This document shows, in pieces, positions 32,434 through 44,217 of a stretch of DNA of 64,000 bases (the stretch's first letter is position 1; every line of letters begins with the position of its first letter). A program made the translations under genes and the position numbers. Below the pieces are notes generated by a model that was not told the origin of the DNA, searched no databases, and saw only the letters and a list, made by a program, of their open reading frames with translations. The stretch is taken from assembly GCA_963749495.1 (NCBI GenBank), contig CAVVMW010000022.1, positions 96,001-160,000 of the forward strand, read 5' to 3'. The stretch is from an uncultured bacterium. GTDB lineage: Bacteria > Verrucomicrobiota > Verrucomicrobiia > Limisphaerales > UBA8199.

Positions 32434-33792
32434 TTAAACTATGCCCTGGTCGAGCATGGCTTCGGCCACTTTGCGGAAGCCGGCAATATTGGCGCCATCG
32501 ACATAATTGATGAAGCCGTCCTGTTCACCAAAACGCACACATTGATTGTGGATGGCTTTCATGATCTGGCTCAGCCGCTTATCCACTTCGTCATTGGACC
32601 ACTGCAACCGCATGCTGTTCTGCGTCATTTCCAGTCCGCTCACCGACACCCCTCCAGCATTGGCTGCCTTGCCAGGACCGAAGCTGATCTTCTTGCCATG
32701 GAACACTTCCATCGCTTCGGGAGTGGAAGGCATGTTGGCTCCCTCGCCGACACAGATGCAGCCGTTGCTCATTAGGGTCCTGGCATCGCTGCCGCTGATT
32801 TCGTTTTGGGTTGCACACGGCAGCGCCACCTGGCACGGGATTTCCCAGGGCCGTTTGCCAGCGAAATACTCGCACTTGAACTGTTTAGCGTATTCCTCGA
32901 TACGTCCGCGCCGGACATTCTTGAGGTCCTTGAGAAAGCCGAGTTTTTCAGCATCCACGCCGTCTGGGTCGTACGCAAAGCCATTCGAATCAGAGAAGGT
33001 CACCACCCGAGCCCCCATCATCATGGCCTTTTCCGCGGCGAATTGAGCGACGTTGCCCGAGCCGGAAACCGTCACGACCTTCCCATTGATGGAGTTGCTC
33101 CTAGCCCGGAGCATCTCCTCGACAAAATAGACCAAGCCGTAGCCGGTGGCCTCTTCGCGGATACGACTGCCGCTCCAGTTAATGCCCTTGCCGGTAAGCA
33201 CGCCGCTGAATTCATTGCGCAGCTTCTTGTATTGGCCGAACAGAAAACCGATCTCCCGGCCGCCCACCCCAATATCACCTGCCGGCACGTCCGTGTCAGG
33301 GCCAATGTGCCGGCACAATTCGCTCATAAAGGCCTGGCAAAAGCGCATCACCTCATCGTCGGTCTTGCCTTTCGGATCAAAGTCCGAACCGCCTTTGCCG
33401 CCGCCCATCGGGAGGGTCGTGAGCGCGTTCTTGAACACCTGTTCGAATGCTAAAAACTTCAGCGTGCCCAGCGTGACGGACGGATGGAACCGCAGTCCGC
33501 CCTTATACGGGCCGATGGCGCTGTTCATCTGAACTCGAAAGCCCCGATTAACCTGCACCTCGCCCCGACCGTCCGTCCAAGTGACGCGAAAGAGGATCAC
33601 ACGTTCCGGTTCGGTAATCCGCTCAAGAATCTTGGCCTTCTTGTATCTCGGGTTCTGCTCGACAAAGGGCCAGACTGATTTGGCCACCTCAGCGACTGCT
33701 TGATGAAACTCAGTTTCCGCAGGATACCGGCTTTTTAGGGTCGTAAGAAAGTCCGACAATTGGTTCGTCATAAGGTAATCTTTCCACTCCAT
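32434..33792 (-). CDS. gdhA: NADP-specific glutamate dehydrogenase
   Basis: GPYKGGLRFHP, GGGKGGSDFDPKG, DVPAGDIGVG, SGSGNVA, KAANAGGV. Confidence 0.97.
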   Translation of the reverse strand: MEWKDYLMTNQLSDFLTTLKSRYPAETEFHQAVAEVAKSVWPFVEQNPRYKKAKILERITEPERVILFRVTWTDGRGEVQVNRGFRVQMNSAIGPYKGGLRFHPSVTLGTLKFLAFEQVFKNALTTLPMGGGKGGSDFDPKGKTDDEVMRFCQAFMSELCRHIGPDTDVPAGDIGVGGREIGFLFGQYKKLRNEFSGVLTGKGINWSGSRIREEATGYGLVYFVEEMLRARSNSINGKVVTVSGSGNVAQFAAEKAMMMGARVVTFSDSNGFAYDPDGVDAEKLGFLKDLKNVRRGRIEEYAKQFKCEYFAGKRPWEIPCQVALPCATQNEISGSDARTLMSNGCICVGEGANMPSTPEAMEVFHGKKISFGPGKAANAGGVSVSGLEMTQNSMRLQWSNDEVDKRLSQIMKAIHNQCVRFGEQDGFINYVDGANIAGFRKVAEAMLDQGIV

Positions 33793-33897
33793 TAACCATT
33801 CCGTTTCGGGCAGGAGATCTTGAGCGATTTGCGAGATAGCCTAATTGCCAATGCCTGGTGGTAACTGGGTGCTTTACGCAAATTGGAAGGAAGCCTC

Positions 33898-34237
<340 letters not shown>

Positions 34238-34440
34238 AGATGTCCTTTCGACGTCCGTGAGTGGGATTTTAACCCTCAGTTAGTCGCTGGCAAGAAGAAA
34301 CTTCAAGGCATTGACTTGGCTCTTTACGTCAATTCAACATTTGTCCGAACCGGCAAGCCGGCAAGCTGGGGGTCCCCGGGTTTGCAGCCTCGGGTCACGT
34401 TTTCCTCTTTATTAAGTGGGACCAATTAGTCGGTTCGCTG

Positions 34441-35095
34441 ATGGCTCAAGTCCAAACATGCCGGGAGTGCGGAGCGGAACTCGGCCCCGATGTTCCAGAG
34501 GGCGTATGCCCCGCGTGCGCCCTGCGGGCCGCCATCCTGCCGGCCGCCCAAGACCGCACCGGCCCGGAGCCCGCCGCTTCCGCAGAAGCGCTCGTCCACT
34601 ATTTCGGGGACTACGAATTGCTGGGGGAAATTGGTGGGCGGCACTATCCTTGCTGTGCGGCCTGGCGGCGATGGGGATGTAACCGGGCGTGGTCGGGTCT
34701 GGCGTTTGGATCACCTGAAAAGGCAATCCATCGGTTCAGGGGTCATCCACAACGGGTTTCTCTACTTAATCGCCGAAAACGGTGCCGCCTCCTGCCTCAA
34801 ACTCAAGACCGGCGACGGAGTGTGGGAGGCACGCCTCAAAGGTCCTGGCGCCAAGACGAGTTCCTGGTCCTCGATGCTCCTGGCGGGCGGGAGGATCTAC
34901 GTGCCCAACCAGTCCGGCGACGTGTTTGTCCTCCGCGCTGGCCCCAGGCTTGAGTTGCTGGCCACCAACTCCGTGAACGAGCCAACCAACGCCTCCTTGG
35001 CCGCCTCGGATGGAGACCTTTTCCTCCGCACAGACCGCAGCCTTTGGTGTTTCGCCCGTGACCGAGGCGCAGATCAAGAACCTCGGCGCCCATAG
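34441..35095 (+). pseudogene. Ser/Thr kinase N-terminus fused out of frame to a PQQ/BamB propeller C-terminus
   Basis: CRECG..CPAC..FGDYELLGEIG | GGTILAVRPGG.GDVT..LELLATN..ASLAASDG.LFLRT; junction ~34634. Confidence 0.8.
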
Positions 35096-35282
35096 GAAGG
35101 TCGAGCCTGGAGCTGTTGTCGCAATTGATGGTGATTCGCCCGCCAGACGGAAACCGCCAGGCCTGAAAGGCCGCCACGCAGAGGGTGGGACTTGCTTTGG
35201 GTGGCTGGAAGCGCCCGCCATGGTCGAGAACCGTCAGGTTCGAGCCCAGGCGCGCGAGCGCCCTTTAAACCCCGTTGCACGC

Positions 35283-35774
35283 TCAAAGTTTGTAGCCAAT
35301 CTGCCGAAGGAACTTCTTTCGCCATTCAATATCGGCCTCGCCTTCAACTCCTTTAGGGGCCAGTCCGTCCACGACGCCCAGCACGCCACGGCCTTGCTCG
35401 GTCTCCGCGACAAGCACCTGGGTCGGATTCGCTGTGGCGCAAAACACTCGGCAAACCTCGGGTACCATTTTCACCGCATTGAGGACATTGACCGGATAAA
35501 AGCCGTCCGCCAGGAACAGGATAAAGCTGTGCCCGGCGCCAATAGCCAAGGCGTTCTTCCGAGCCAGCTCAATCATGGCTGGATCCGTACCGGTCCAGCG
35601 CACCAGGCATTTGCCGGAGGATTCACAAAAGGCCAGTCCGAATTTGATGCCCGGCACGGCGGTAACCAACGCCTCGTGGATGTCCTCGACCGACTTGATG
35701 AAATGGGTTTGACCGAGGATGAAGTTGATGGATTCGGGCTTCTCGATCCCGATGACGGTGAGCTTGGTTTCCAT
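35283..35774 (-). CDS. Adenosine-specific kinase family (DUF355)
   Basis: NFILGQTHFIKSVEDI, FGLAFCESSG, FCATANP, IGYKL. Confidence 0.88.
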   Translation of the reverse strand: METKLTVIGIEKPESINFILGQTHFIKSVEDIHEALVTAVPGIKFGLAFCESSGKCLVRWTGTDPAMIELARKNALAIGAGHSFILFLADGFYPVNVLNAVKMVPEVCRVFCATANPTQVLVAETEQGRGVLGVVDGLAPKGVEGEADIEWRKKFLRQIGYKL

Positions 35775-35924
35775 AATCGCATTTTCGCGCCGGCTTGGAT
35801 ACCCCGTCAAGCCATAAGGGACAGCGCGACTACGCGCTTTTGGTCCTGGCGGAGGCGCCTAATCCCTGCCCAGGTTGCGAGTCCACCCGGGGCGGATTAC
35901 CCTGCAGTGAGAAAGCGATACGCC

Positions 35925-36278
35925 ATGAAAGCAAAAGTCCTCCGATTCGGAGAAATCGAAGTGGAGGGTGAGCATTACGATCACGACGTTGTGATTGACG
36001 GCGGCCGGGTGACGAAACGGAAGAAGGGGGCTTCGAAGTCCTTTCGCGATGAATACGGACACACGCCTTTGTCGGTTGAGGAGGAAATTCCCTGGGGAGG
36101 AGAGCAGTTGATTATTGGCACCGGGCTCTATGGGAAACTACCCATCATGCCGGCAGTGGAGTGGGAGGCAAAGCGAAGGGCAATCAAACTCATCGCCCTA
36201 CCGACCGAACAGGCCTGCGAGTTGCTGACCCTATTGGAGCCCCGTAAGGCGTATGCGGTGTTGCACGTAACCTGTTAA
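35925..36278 (+). CDS. Mth938-like domain protein
   Basis: FGEIEVEGE.YDHDVVI, LIIGTG, LHVTC C-terminus. Confidence 0.85.
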   Translation: MKAKVLRFGEIEVEGEHYDHDVVIDGGRVTKRKKGASKSFRDEYGHTPLSVEEEIPWGGEQLIIGTGLYGKLPIMPAVEWEAKRRAIKLIALPTEQACELLTLLEPRKAYAVLHVTC

Positions 36279-36329
36279 TTGCCGCTTGCGGGTTTTCATG
36301 GGTTACCCACCAGGATTGCGTTCAGTTCG

Positions 36330-38106
36330 GCCACATCCATGAATCACCCCCCAGCCCCGTGGTCAATGGGCGGCACGGTTTGGGTCCAGCCGGGCCAGGC
36401 GGGCTGGCGGCTCCACTACGCCAGGCTGGAGGTCGGGGATGATTTGGACATTACGAGCGCCACGCACAGCCTGTTCGGCTCCATGCCAATTTGAAGATGC
36501 TTGGGCAGGGCGAAGAGTTGGCCGAGGGGGTGACCGCGGGTCCCCAGGCTGCTGCGATTCTGTGCGGTGAGGTGGGCGGAGCTGCGGTGCAAGCACTGCC
36601 CGCTCTGGAGCGGCGGCTGCAGGACCGGAGTTCGTGGGTGCGCATCGCGGCGGCCCAGGCAATCTGGCGCATTAGCCATGAGCCCGCGAAGAGCCTGCCA
36701 ACGCTTATGGCCGTGCTCGATTCGGTTGCCGCTCCAGGTTCCCCAGGCGGTCAGGGGGGCGATAGGCAATTGGTCGGCGCCCTCGAGGCAATCGAGGAAA
36801 TGGGACCCACCGCGAAAGCGGGGATTCCAAGCATCGAGCGCGTGCGGACCTTTTCCATGGCCGCGCGCCACGCGGCGAACAGGGCGTTGCGCGCCATCAG
36901 TGACCCCGTCCAGCGGGACGCCCAAAACGGCAAATGAAAAAGGCCTTCTTCTACGGAGCGGTTGTGGCGGTGGCCATTTGTGGTCTCTATCTCCTGCTGC
37001 CAGGGAAATCGGAGCCGGCCTATAAAGGGATCAAGATCAGCCGTTGGATCAGGACTGCCAATCGGCAGGCAGTAGAGAGCGGTCTTGCCAAGGTCGGGCC
37101 GGAAGCGATTCCGTGTCTGGTGGCCGCGCTTCATAAGCAGGACACTCCTTGGACCAAGCTGTGGTCGGGCGTGTGGGGCAAGCTACCCCCAGGAGTGAGG
37201 CAACGTCTTGCCAATTGGCGGCCGGTTCCTGCGAACGAGATCAGGTATAACGCGATTGTGGGCCTGAGCGCGTTCGGACCGGAGGCGAAATTGGCGCCGC
37301 CGTTGGTTATGAAGGCGGCGGTGCAGGACCCGGATCCCATGGTAAAGAGCTTGGCTTGCACGGCGGTCGGCGCCATAGGCCGAGACTCGCCTGAGGCGCG
37401 GGAATTCTTTCTGCGCGAATTGCAAAATACCAACCGGATCGTGCGCTCGGAGGCTGCTATTGCCATCTACAACTGCGATCTGAGACTGGGAGCGGCCGTC
37501 CCTTTGCTCATGCGCGATTTGAGCGACCGCATTGGGAAGCCCTACAACGAGTTATTGGCGCTCAGCGTCATCGGCCCCGAAGCCAAGGACCCCGTCCCTC
37601 TCATTGTGGCGCAGATGGACGATCCCGGCATCCGGGGCAATCCGCTCACGGCGTTGATCGGCATTGGCCAGGGTTTGAAACCGGCTGTTCCGGCGTTGAT
37701 CCGCGTGTTGCAAGGCACAGATGCGGTGCTCCGCCCGGCAGCGCCGGAGGCGCTTATGCTGGCGGGTCCTGACGCTGTGGATGCCCTGCCGGCCTTGGCT
37801 GAAGCCCAACAGGATGCGAACGCCGTGGTCCGTGTTCTGGCGGCTGCGGCGATTGGTAGAATCAAGGGGACTCCTGAAATCGCTGTCGCTGGCTTAATGG
37901 AGCAACTCCAGCCGGCAAGCCCGGGCGGAGACGGCCAAGGTTGGTCAGTCAGCCATCGGCTCAAAGGCCCCTATATCCTCAGGGCCCTCGGCTCACCCGC
38001 GCAGCGTCAAACCGCCGGCGCGGCAAAAACCAAATGCCATCTATCAGTTGGCCACGCAAGGTATCGAGAATTCCGGTTGGAGGGACTGGAAAAGCCGCCG
38101 AGCTGA
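36330..38106 (+). pseudogene. Two HEAT-repeat protein genes: first lacks its N-terminus (ends 36937), second (from 36934) truncated near 37990
   Basis: GPEAIPCLV, GPEAK, VRIAAAQAIW, VRVLAAAAIG repeats. Confidence 0.75.
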
Positions 38107-38222
38107 GCGGCCACCGGTCCCCGCCGGCAAAAAGGCCCGGCCGCATTGTTGCGGCCCTCCACTGGGATTATTTTTGTCCCTTTTGCGCACCTCGGGGGAT
38201 ATGCTCTTAAACGGATGCTGCT

Positions 38223-39760
38223 ATGGACGACCGGCTGTTGCTGAAGAGCTACGTGGAGCAGAAATCGGAAGGCGCTTTCGAGAGCGTGGTGAAACGGCAT
38301 GTGGACATGGTCTATTCGGCGGCGCTGAGGCAAGTGCGGGATTGCCACCTGGCTGAGGACGTGACCCAAGCTGTGTTCGTGTTGCTGGCGCGCAAGGCGG
38401 CCCGACTCTCAAGCTCGGTTAATGTGGCCGGTTGGCTCTACCGCACGGCGAACTTCGTGGCCCGCCGCGCATTGCGCGATCGGGTGCGCCACCACCGGAT
38501 GGAAAAGGAGTTTGTTTCTATGGCCGACGGACGAATTGTGGGAAATGCTGGCGCCGCATTTGGACCCGGCAATGGCGGGGCTGGGGCACCGGGAACGCAA
38601 CGTGCTGGTGTTGCGTTTCCTCCAACAGCGGAGCTTCAAGGAGGTGGGCGATGCCCTGGGCATTTCGGAGGATGCGGCCAAGAAGCGCACGGGTCGGGCG
38701 TTGGAGAAGTTGCGCCGCAAGCTGGTCCAACGCAGTGTGGTGCTGACAGAAGCCACCCTGGGCCTGTTGTTGGCGGAACGGACCCTCCAGGCGGCGCCGG
38801 TCACCGTGGCAAAGGGGGCCGTCGCCGCTGGATGCCAGGCTGGCGCCTTGGCGCCCACGGCGGCAGTGGCCTTGGCCTCGCGCGCCGCGCGTGAATGGGC
38901 TTGGACGCGCCTCAAGTGGGGCCTGGGGACGGCGGGAGTCATTTCAATCGTAGTGCTGATGGCTGTCCGGTTCGGCTCAGCCGGGATTCCCAGATCCGCC
39001 GCGAGGCCTCCGCCCGCCGGCAGCGGGGTGAGCGCGTCCGAGGCCAGCCAGGCGGCTGTTCTGGCCGACGAGGTGCAGCCGCCCTCGCGGCCGAGAGCGA
39101 GGTCGATGAGACTAAGGCTGCTCGCGGCCGAGAGCGGGGCGCCGATCCCGGACTCGGCGATCCATGCCGTATTCTTCGGGCCGAAGTTCATCGACGCTGA
39201 CTTGGCTGGTGACGGGGAGGGCACTGTCGAGATTGCGCTGCCGCAACGCGCCTTCGAAGGCATGGCCCTGAGGATCTCCGCCAAGGCGCGAGTGCCAGTG
39301 TGTCTGGGCTGGGGGGAGCAGGAGGAACCGTCTTTGCCTGCCGAGTATCTCGTCAAATTGGAGCCTGGGATTCAGGTCTCTGGCCGGGTCGTGGACGAGG
39401 AAGGCAATCCGGTTGCAGGAGTGGTCTTGCCTGGCTGGGTTTCAGCTTCCTGGACATGGCTACGCGCCGTATAACCGGCGCCTCCCGGGTTTGCTTCAAG
39501 GTATCGAAACAGGCGCACGCGCCCGGCGGGGACCTTCTCGAAACAAAACCGGCCCGCTTCTCCCATGGGCCCGAGTGGAAGGAGTCCTCCGCCACGGCAA
39601 CGGCGTGGACGCCGGCGTTCAACTTGTGGTGGAACTGCAGCCGGGAAGGGAGATCGTCGGAACCGTTTTTGCTCCGGATGGTCAGCCGGCGGCCGGGGCG
39701 CAGGTGGCGCTGCTGGGTCGGGCCTTTACGGCAAACATCCACCGACCGGCCCGCTTGCAG
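38223..39760 (+). pseudogene. ECF sigma factor with TM helix and carboxypeptidase-regulatory-like domains; frameshifted, scrambled, truncated
   Basis: AFESVVKRH.DMVYSAALRQ..AEDVTQAVF; AAKKR.GRALEKLR; GRVVDEEGNPVAG; PDGQPAAGAQVAL. Confidence 0.85.
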
Positions 39761-39761
39761 G

Positions 39762-40494
39762 TACCGTTGAGGAAGTTCTTTTTGACATAGCCCACACCGT
39801 TTTCGACGCGTCCTTTTTCCTGGGGCTGCCCGACGCCACAAGCCCGGATTTCAAAGCCGTGATGGTTGGCAAAATCCAAGTAACGGGGGTTGAACACAAT
39901 CGAACCAGCCGCCCGGCTCAGGACGGCCACCTTGCAGTTATCGACCCAGACCTGGCGCACCACCCCGCCGAAGTATTCGAAGGCGTGCTGGTGGCAGGAC
40001 AGAAAATGCTCCAGCGTTTCGGCCAGGGTGAACTCCAGATACAGTTTGCGGCTGAACGCCAACACCATGAGGAAAAAGGACAGACGCCGGCGCGTGGAGC
40101 CCACCGGGACCGAACCGGCGCAACCCCAGTCCACCTGGGCGCACTCACCGGGTTCGAAGTGAAGCGTCAGGAAGGCCGGTCGCGGCCTGGGATGCACCTG
40201 GCGCACAAACGCCCGGAGGATCGTGTATCGGCCCTGGTAGCCATGTTCTTTGACCTGCTGGAAAATCTGCTGGGCCGAGTAATCGTGTTGTTCCAGCAGA
40301 CGGATGATCTCCCCCTTGACCGGATCGAGTTTGCTGGGGCGCTTGGGCAGAGGGGCTCGCGCAAAGCTCTCCCGCCGGGACCACTTGCGCACCGTGTTCA
40401 AACCCAGTTTGAGTTGGCGGGCAATCTGCCGCAGACCCAGGTGCTTCTCGGTGAACAGGTGCCGAATCTGGCAATAGGTTTGATAGTCGATCAT
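39762..40494 (-). pseudogene. istA: IS21 transposase IstA, C-terminally truncated
   Basis: RPSKLDP, FEPGECAQVDWG, VDNCK, KGRVENGVGYVKKNFL. Confidence 0.9.
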
Positions 40495-40862
40495 GGCTGG
40501 CCTCCCAGCGCCTGGCGCAAAAGCTCTCCCACGCTGATCGGGCTCGAGCGGGGCGTGCCGACCGGCTCCAGGCTCAGAACCTGGTAGAAGGGCTTTTCAT
40601 AGGCCACCAGCCCGGCCTGGACCAGTTGTTGGCGACTGGCCGAAAGCGTCAGCGCATCCATTTTCAATCGCCGCATCAGCGAGGCGTCCGAGTAGTAGCT
40701 CAGGCCCTGGGCATCGGCCACGCTGGTCAGGAACAGGTAGAGCGCCCAGGCCGAGTGTTCACACCGGAGGAAGTAATTTTCCTGCACCAGCCGGTGATCG
40801 ATCCAACTGAACTGGGGCGGGACTTTCCGGAGTCGCTCCGGATTGAGGACACGTTTTTTCAT
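40491..40862 (-). CDS. Winged-helix-like protein upstream of istA
   Basis: RLRKVPPQFSWIDHRLV..LYLFL..DAQGLSYYSD..YQVLSL; stop overlaps the istA start. Confidence 0.75.
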   Translation of the reverse strand: MKKRVLNPERLRKVPPQFSWIDHRLVQENYFLRCEHSAWALYLFLTSVADAQGLSYYSDASLMRRLKMDALTLSASRQQLVQAGLVAYEKPFYQVLSLEPVGTPRSSPISVGELLRQALGGQP

Positions 40863-41379
40863 GCAATGACTTTTCAAGATTCATTCCGAGCACCATGCCC
40901 AGAATGTCATTTCCCTTAATTACCAGTCGCCGGGCGCTGGTGGCGATGTCGTCTGGTAAGGTACTGCCGATGAACATGGAGATAATGCCCACAGACAGAG
41001 GCACTTGCATCGAACAGAGGTCTTGTAAGGTACGGCTCGGAGAGGTCGGCGCAACCTCCTGTGCCGCAGGAGCTTGCTCCGAGCAGCCGTCTTGTAAGGT
41101 ACGGCGCCGGTAGCGAGCGGTGTTTTTCCAGTAGCCGGGATGCTCCTTCTGCCAGTCGCGGACCCGCTCAGCATTCTCGGCGTCCCGGAAGTAATTCTCG
41201 TTCGCCGGCTTGGCTAACCAGGCCCGCTGGAGCTCGCGCCTTCTGGCCTTGCGGCAGTCGGGTTTGAAACAATACCTGCCTGCCGGTAGGCCAGGTCGCT
41301 GACGTTGTCCGCCCCGGTAGTCGGGAAGAAAAAGTCCCTTGCAGTTCAAGCACTTGTGTCGAGGTCTGGGCGGCTTCAT
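40759..41379 (-). CDS. Cys-motif hypothetical protein of the IS21-associated module
   Basis: CLNC..YCFKPDC..ENYFR..RVRDWQKEHPGYW. Confidence 0.7.
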   Translation of the reverse strand: MKPPRPRHKCLNCKGLFLPDYRGGQRQRPGLPAGRYCFKPDCRKARRRELQRAWLAKPANENYFRDAENAERVRDWQKEHPGYWKNTARYRRRTLQDGCSEQAPAAQEVAPTSPSRTLQDLCSMQVPLSVGIISMFIGSTLPDDIATSARRLVIKGNDILGMVLGMNLEKSLHEKTCPQSGATPESPAPVQLDRSPAGAGKLLPPV

Positions 41380-41569
41380 TGGTTCCAACATCAAAAGGAA
41401 CCAGTATCGGAAAACCAGGAGAGCCGACGGAAGAAAATCCAGCCGGAAGAAGACTCAGAACGACGAAGAAGGAAGAAGAGATTTCAGCGAATCTTTCGAA
41501 GAAAACCCACCAGAAGAAGATCCCATTCCGGATCGCCCGTTTTGCACCCATTCGATTTCAACGGTGGCA

Positions 41570-42442
41570 ACGAACCACGTCACAGCCCAGGAATACACGT
41601 TCACCACGCTGGCCGGGCCGCCGGAAGCTGGCCTGGGCGCCATTGACGGCACGGGCAGCGCGGCGCGGTTCAACCAGCCATCCGGCGTTGCGGTGGACAG
41701 CGCGGGCAACGTCTATGTGGCAGACACCTATAACAACACGATTCGGAAGGTGACGCCGGGCGGGGTGGTGACGACGCTGGCGGGAAACGCTGCTATCGTT
41801 GACACGAATGGTATGCCGGTTGGTGGTTACGCCGACGGCACGGGCAGCGCGGCGCAGTTCAACCACCCATCCGGCGTCGCGGTGGACAGCGCGGGCAACG
41901 TCTATGTGGCAGACAGCTATAACAACACGATTCGGATCGGCACTACGAACACTTGCCCGGATGCGGCCACAATTGACCTGGCGGTCGGGCCGGTCGGGCA
42001 ATTGCGCCAACTGGACACCAGCCCGCAAACCGCCGTGGCCTGGCAGTGGCGCCTGATCCGGGACCCGTCCGCTTCGTCGGCTGCACTCTCGGCCGCGAAT
42101 GTCCGCAATCCCACGTTCACGCCCGATGTGGCGGATTTGTATGTTTTCCGGCTCGAGGCGACCAACGCCGCCGGGGCGATTTGTATCCGCACGCTTGAAT
42201 TTACCGCAGTGCCGGCGCCCCCGACCATCCTGCTGAACGATGGCAGCTTCGGTGTCCGCTCAAACCGCTTCGGCTTCGATGTCAGCGCCGCCGGCGGCCA
42301 GGTGGTGGTCGTGGAGACCTCGGCCGACCTGGTTCACTGGACGGACCTGGCCACCAACACCGCTGGCGCCAGCCCGTTTTACTTCAGCGACCCGCTCCCG
42401 CCAAGTTCGCCGCGCCGGTTCTACCGCGCGCGGGCACAGTGA
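41570..42442 (+). pseudogene. NHL-repeat surface protein, N-terminus lost at the IS end
   Basis: YTFTTLAG, two DGTGSAA.FN.PSGVAVDSAGNVYVAD repeats, C-terminal RRFYRAR. Confidence 0.8.
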
Positions 42443-42983
42443 GAACGTTGATGGCTCTCAGGCGTTATGATGAACTAATCCCAACGCCGCCTGTGCAGAG
42501 AACCCGGGAATCAGGGTGACATGACACGGCCATTTAAGGGTCAGTCGAGTTGGGTGATGGGATTTCTGAAATCACCCGAAGGAGGCATGAACCGCATCTG
42601 CTTCCGGACTGCTGGCGTTCTTCTGGACCTCGTTTCCCGCCCACCGAATCCGCAATGGGCGGAGACGTGCCCGCTCTCGCATCATGGGTCTATAAACCTC
42701 GAACTCCCACCAGAAGCTGATGAGGCCAGGCTGAGAATTGCTGCCGGAGTCCGCTCCGGGTGTTTCGTGGTAAGGCAGGGCCGGCTGCGATCAAATTGTT
42801 CGGGCGTGAAACCTAAAACCAACAGCTTGCACGAACCGCGAACCGAAGAAAGGAACACACTATGCTCAACAAGAAAGGTATCGCAATGACTACGCTAGCG
42901 GCAGCAACCGGAAACGCGAAACCACGCATGAAAACCAGGCTCATCGGCCGAGTTCCACTGACGCACATTCACCCGCGAAGCGG

Positions 42984-43064
42984 TTTGGACTGCGGCAGTC
43001 CTCTGCCGCTTTGGCATCCCCCGGCGAGGGACGAAAAAGCGGCAGAGGACTGCCGCAGTCCAAA
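42984..43064. repeat. Family D palindromic doublet
   Basis: tttggactgcggcagtcctctgccgcttt..aaagcggcagaggactgccgcagtccaaa. Confidence 0.88.
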
Positions 43065-43149
43065 ACCTTGCGGATTCCGTGGCAGTTCATCGGTTGGGGC
43101 TGTCCCTCCACAGCCCTTTCCACAGACATCTCAGTAATTCAACAGGCTG

Positions 43150-44214
43150 CTAGACCCATTCCCAATGCCGCAGCCACTGATAATTCTCGGGCAGATTGGC
43201 CCACATCTCGGCCACCAACGCGTCGAAACGCCCGGCCTCGGCCACATCGAATTGCCGGCGTTCCTTGACCGCCGCGGCCGCGTTCTTGACTTGCTCAACG
43301 GTGATCAAGCCCGGAATGGCGCAGCTCAGCACGTCGCAACAGAGCACGTAGCGCAGCGCCAGGCGCGCCCGGTCGTCGTCTTCCTGGCGGGTGGCGGAAT
43401 CGGGCTGGCCGCCGGATTTAAAGACGCTGCCGCTGGCAAAGGGCTTGATGCCGATGAAGCCAACGTCGTGATTGCGCAGGGCCTCGAACATGCTGCCCAC
43501 CGGCTTTTCCTTGCTCCCGGCGCTGTAGGGAGTGACGATGACCTCCAACTGCGGGTACTTGGCCACTGCGTCCGCGATCCACGGACGGTGATGGGTCGAG
43601 ATGCCGGTAAAACGGGCCTTGCCCGTCCGCTTGGCCCACTCGAGCGCAGCCATGACGGTTTCGATCTCTTTCTCGGTATTGCGGGTGGTTTGCTCGCGCA
43701 TCGTCACGCGCCAAAGATCCACGTATTCGAGTTTGGCCTCGCGCAGACCCTGGTCCAACTGCTGCTTCATCTTGTCGAGCGAGCCGGCGATTTCCGGGCT
43801 GCGCGCTCCCGACCAGTCGAAACCGAAGTAGATCTTGTCGCGGTTCTTGCCGAGGGCCTCGGCATACACCAGCACCTCGCCGGCGCCGCACGGATCGGCG
43901 TAGTTGATGCCGTGATCGATGCACGCGGCCATCACCTCGCGCCGGTTCTTTTTGAAGTCCTCGCTGCCGTGCGCGAAGGGCATTTGTTTCCAATGCCCGC
44001 CGATGCTGACGGCCGAGACCATCAGCCCGGTCCGGCCCAGCCGCCGATATTCCATGTTCTCGTTATAGCTGCGCGTCCGGGTCGGGTCGGAAGCCGGCAC
44101 CTCTGCGCCGGCTGCTTTCTCGATCACACCCGCCCCTATGGTTGTCCCGGCAGCCGCAATCGCGGCCGTGTGCACAAATTGCCTCCGGTTCATGCGATTT
44201 TCTTTCATAAGCAC
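43150..44214 (-). CDS. Aldo/keto reductase, Tat-exported
   Basis: MNRRQFV leader, YRRLGRTGLMVS, GKARFTGISTH, IKPFASG. Confidence 0.9.
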   Translation of the reverse strand: MLMKENRMNRRQFVHTAAIAAAGTTIGAGVIEKAAGAEVPASDPTRTRSYNENMEYRRLGRTGLMVSAVSIGGHWKQMPFAHGSEDFKKNRREVMAACIDHGINYADPCGAGEVLVYAEALGKNRDKIYFGFDWSGARSPEIAGSLDKMKQQLDQGLREAKLEYVDLWRVTMREQTTRNTEKEIETVMAALEWAKRTGKARFTGISTHHRPWIADAVAKYPQLEVIVTPYSAGSKEKPVGSMFEALRNHDVGFIGIKPFASGSVFKSGGQPDSATRQEDDDRARLALRYVLCCDVLSCAIPGLITVEQVKNAAAAVKERRQFDVAEAGRFDALVAEMWANLPENYQWLRHWEWV

Positions 44215-44217
44215 CTT

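Larger units (their letters stand above)
39762..41569 (-). mobile_element. Truncated IS21-family element with two accessory ORFs
   Basis: Partial istA plus two upstream ORFs; candidate left end TGCCACCGTTGAAATC starting at 41569; istB and right end absent. Confidence 0.75.

Noticed and set aside
35010..35924. N-terminal 300 aa of the 422-aa ORF
   Set aside because: Antisense to the DUF355 gene; only the Mth938-like part from 35925 is credible.
41645..41936. Two ~100-bp near-identical repeats as a DGR template/variable pair
   Set aside because: They are in-frame NHL repeats, the differences are not adenine-specific, and there is no reverse transcriptase.
42443..42980. Short ORFs or a structured RNA in this gap
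   Set aside because: No recognisable protein or RNA motif could be supported by eye.
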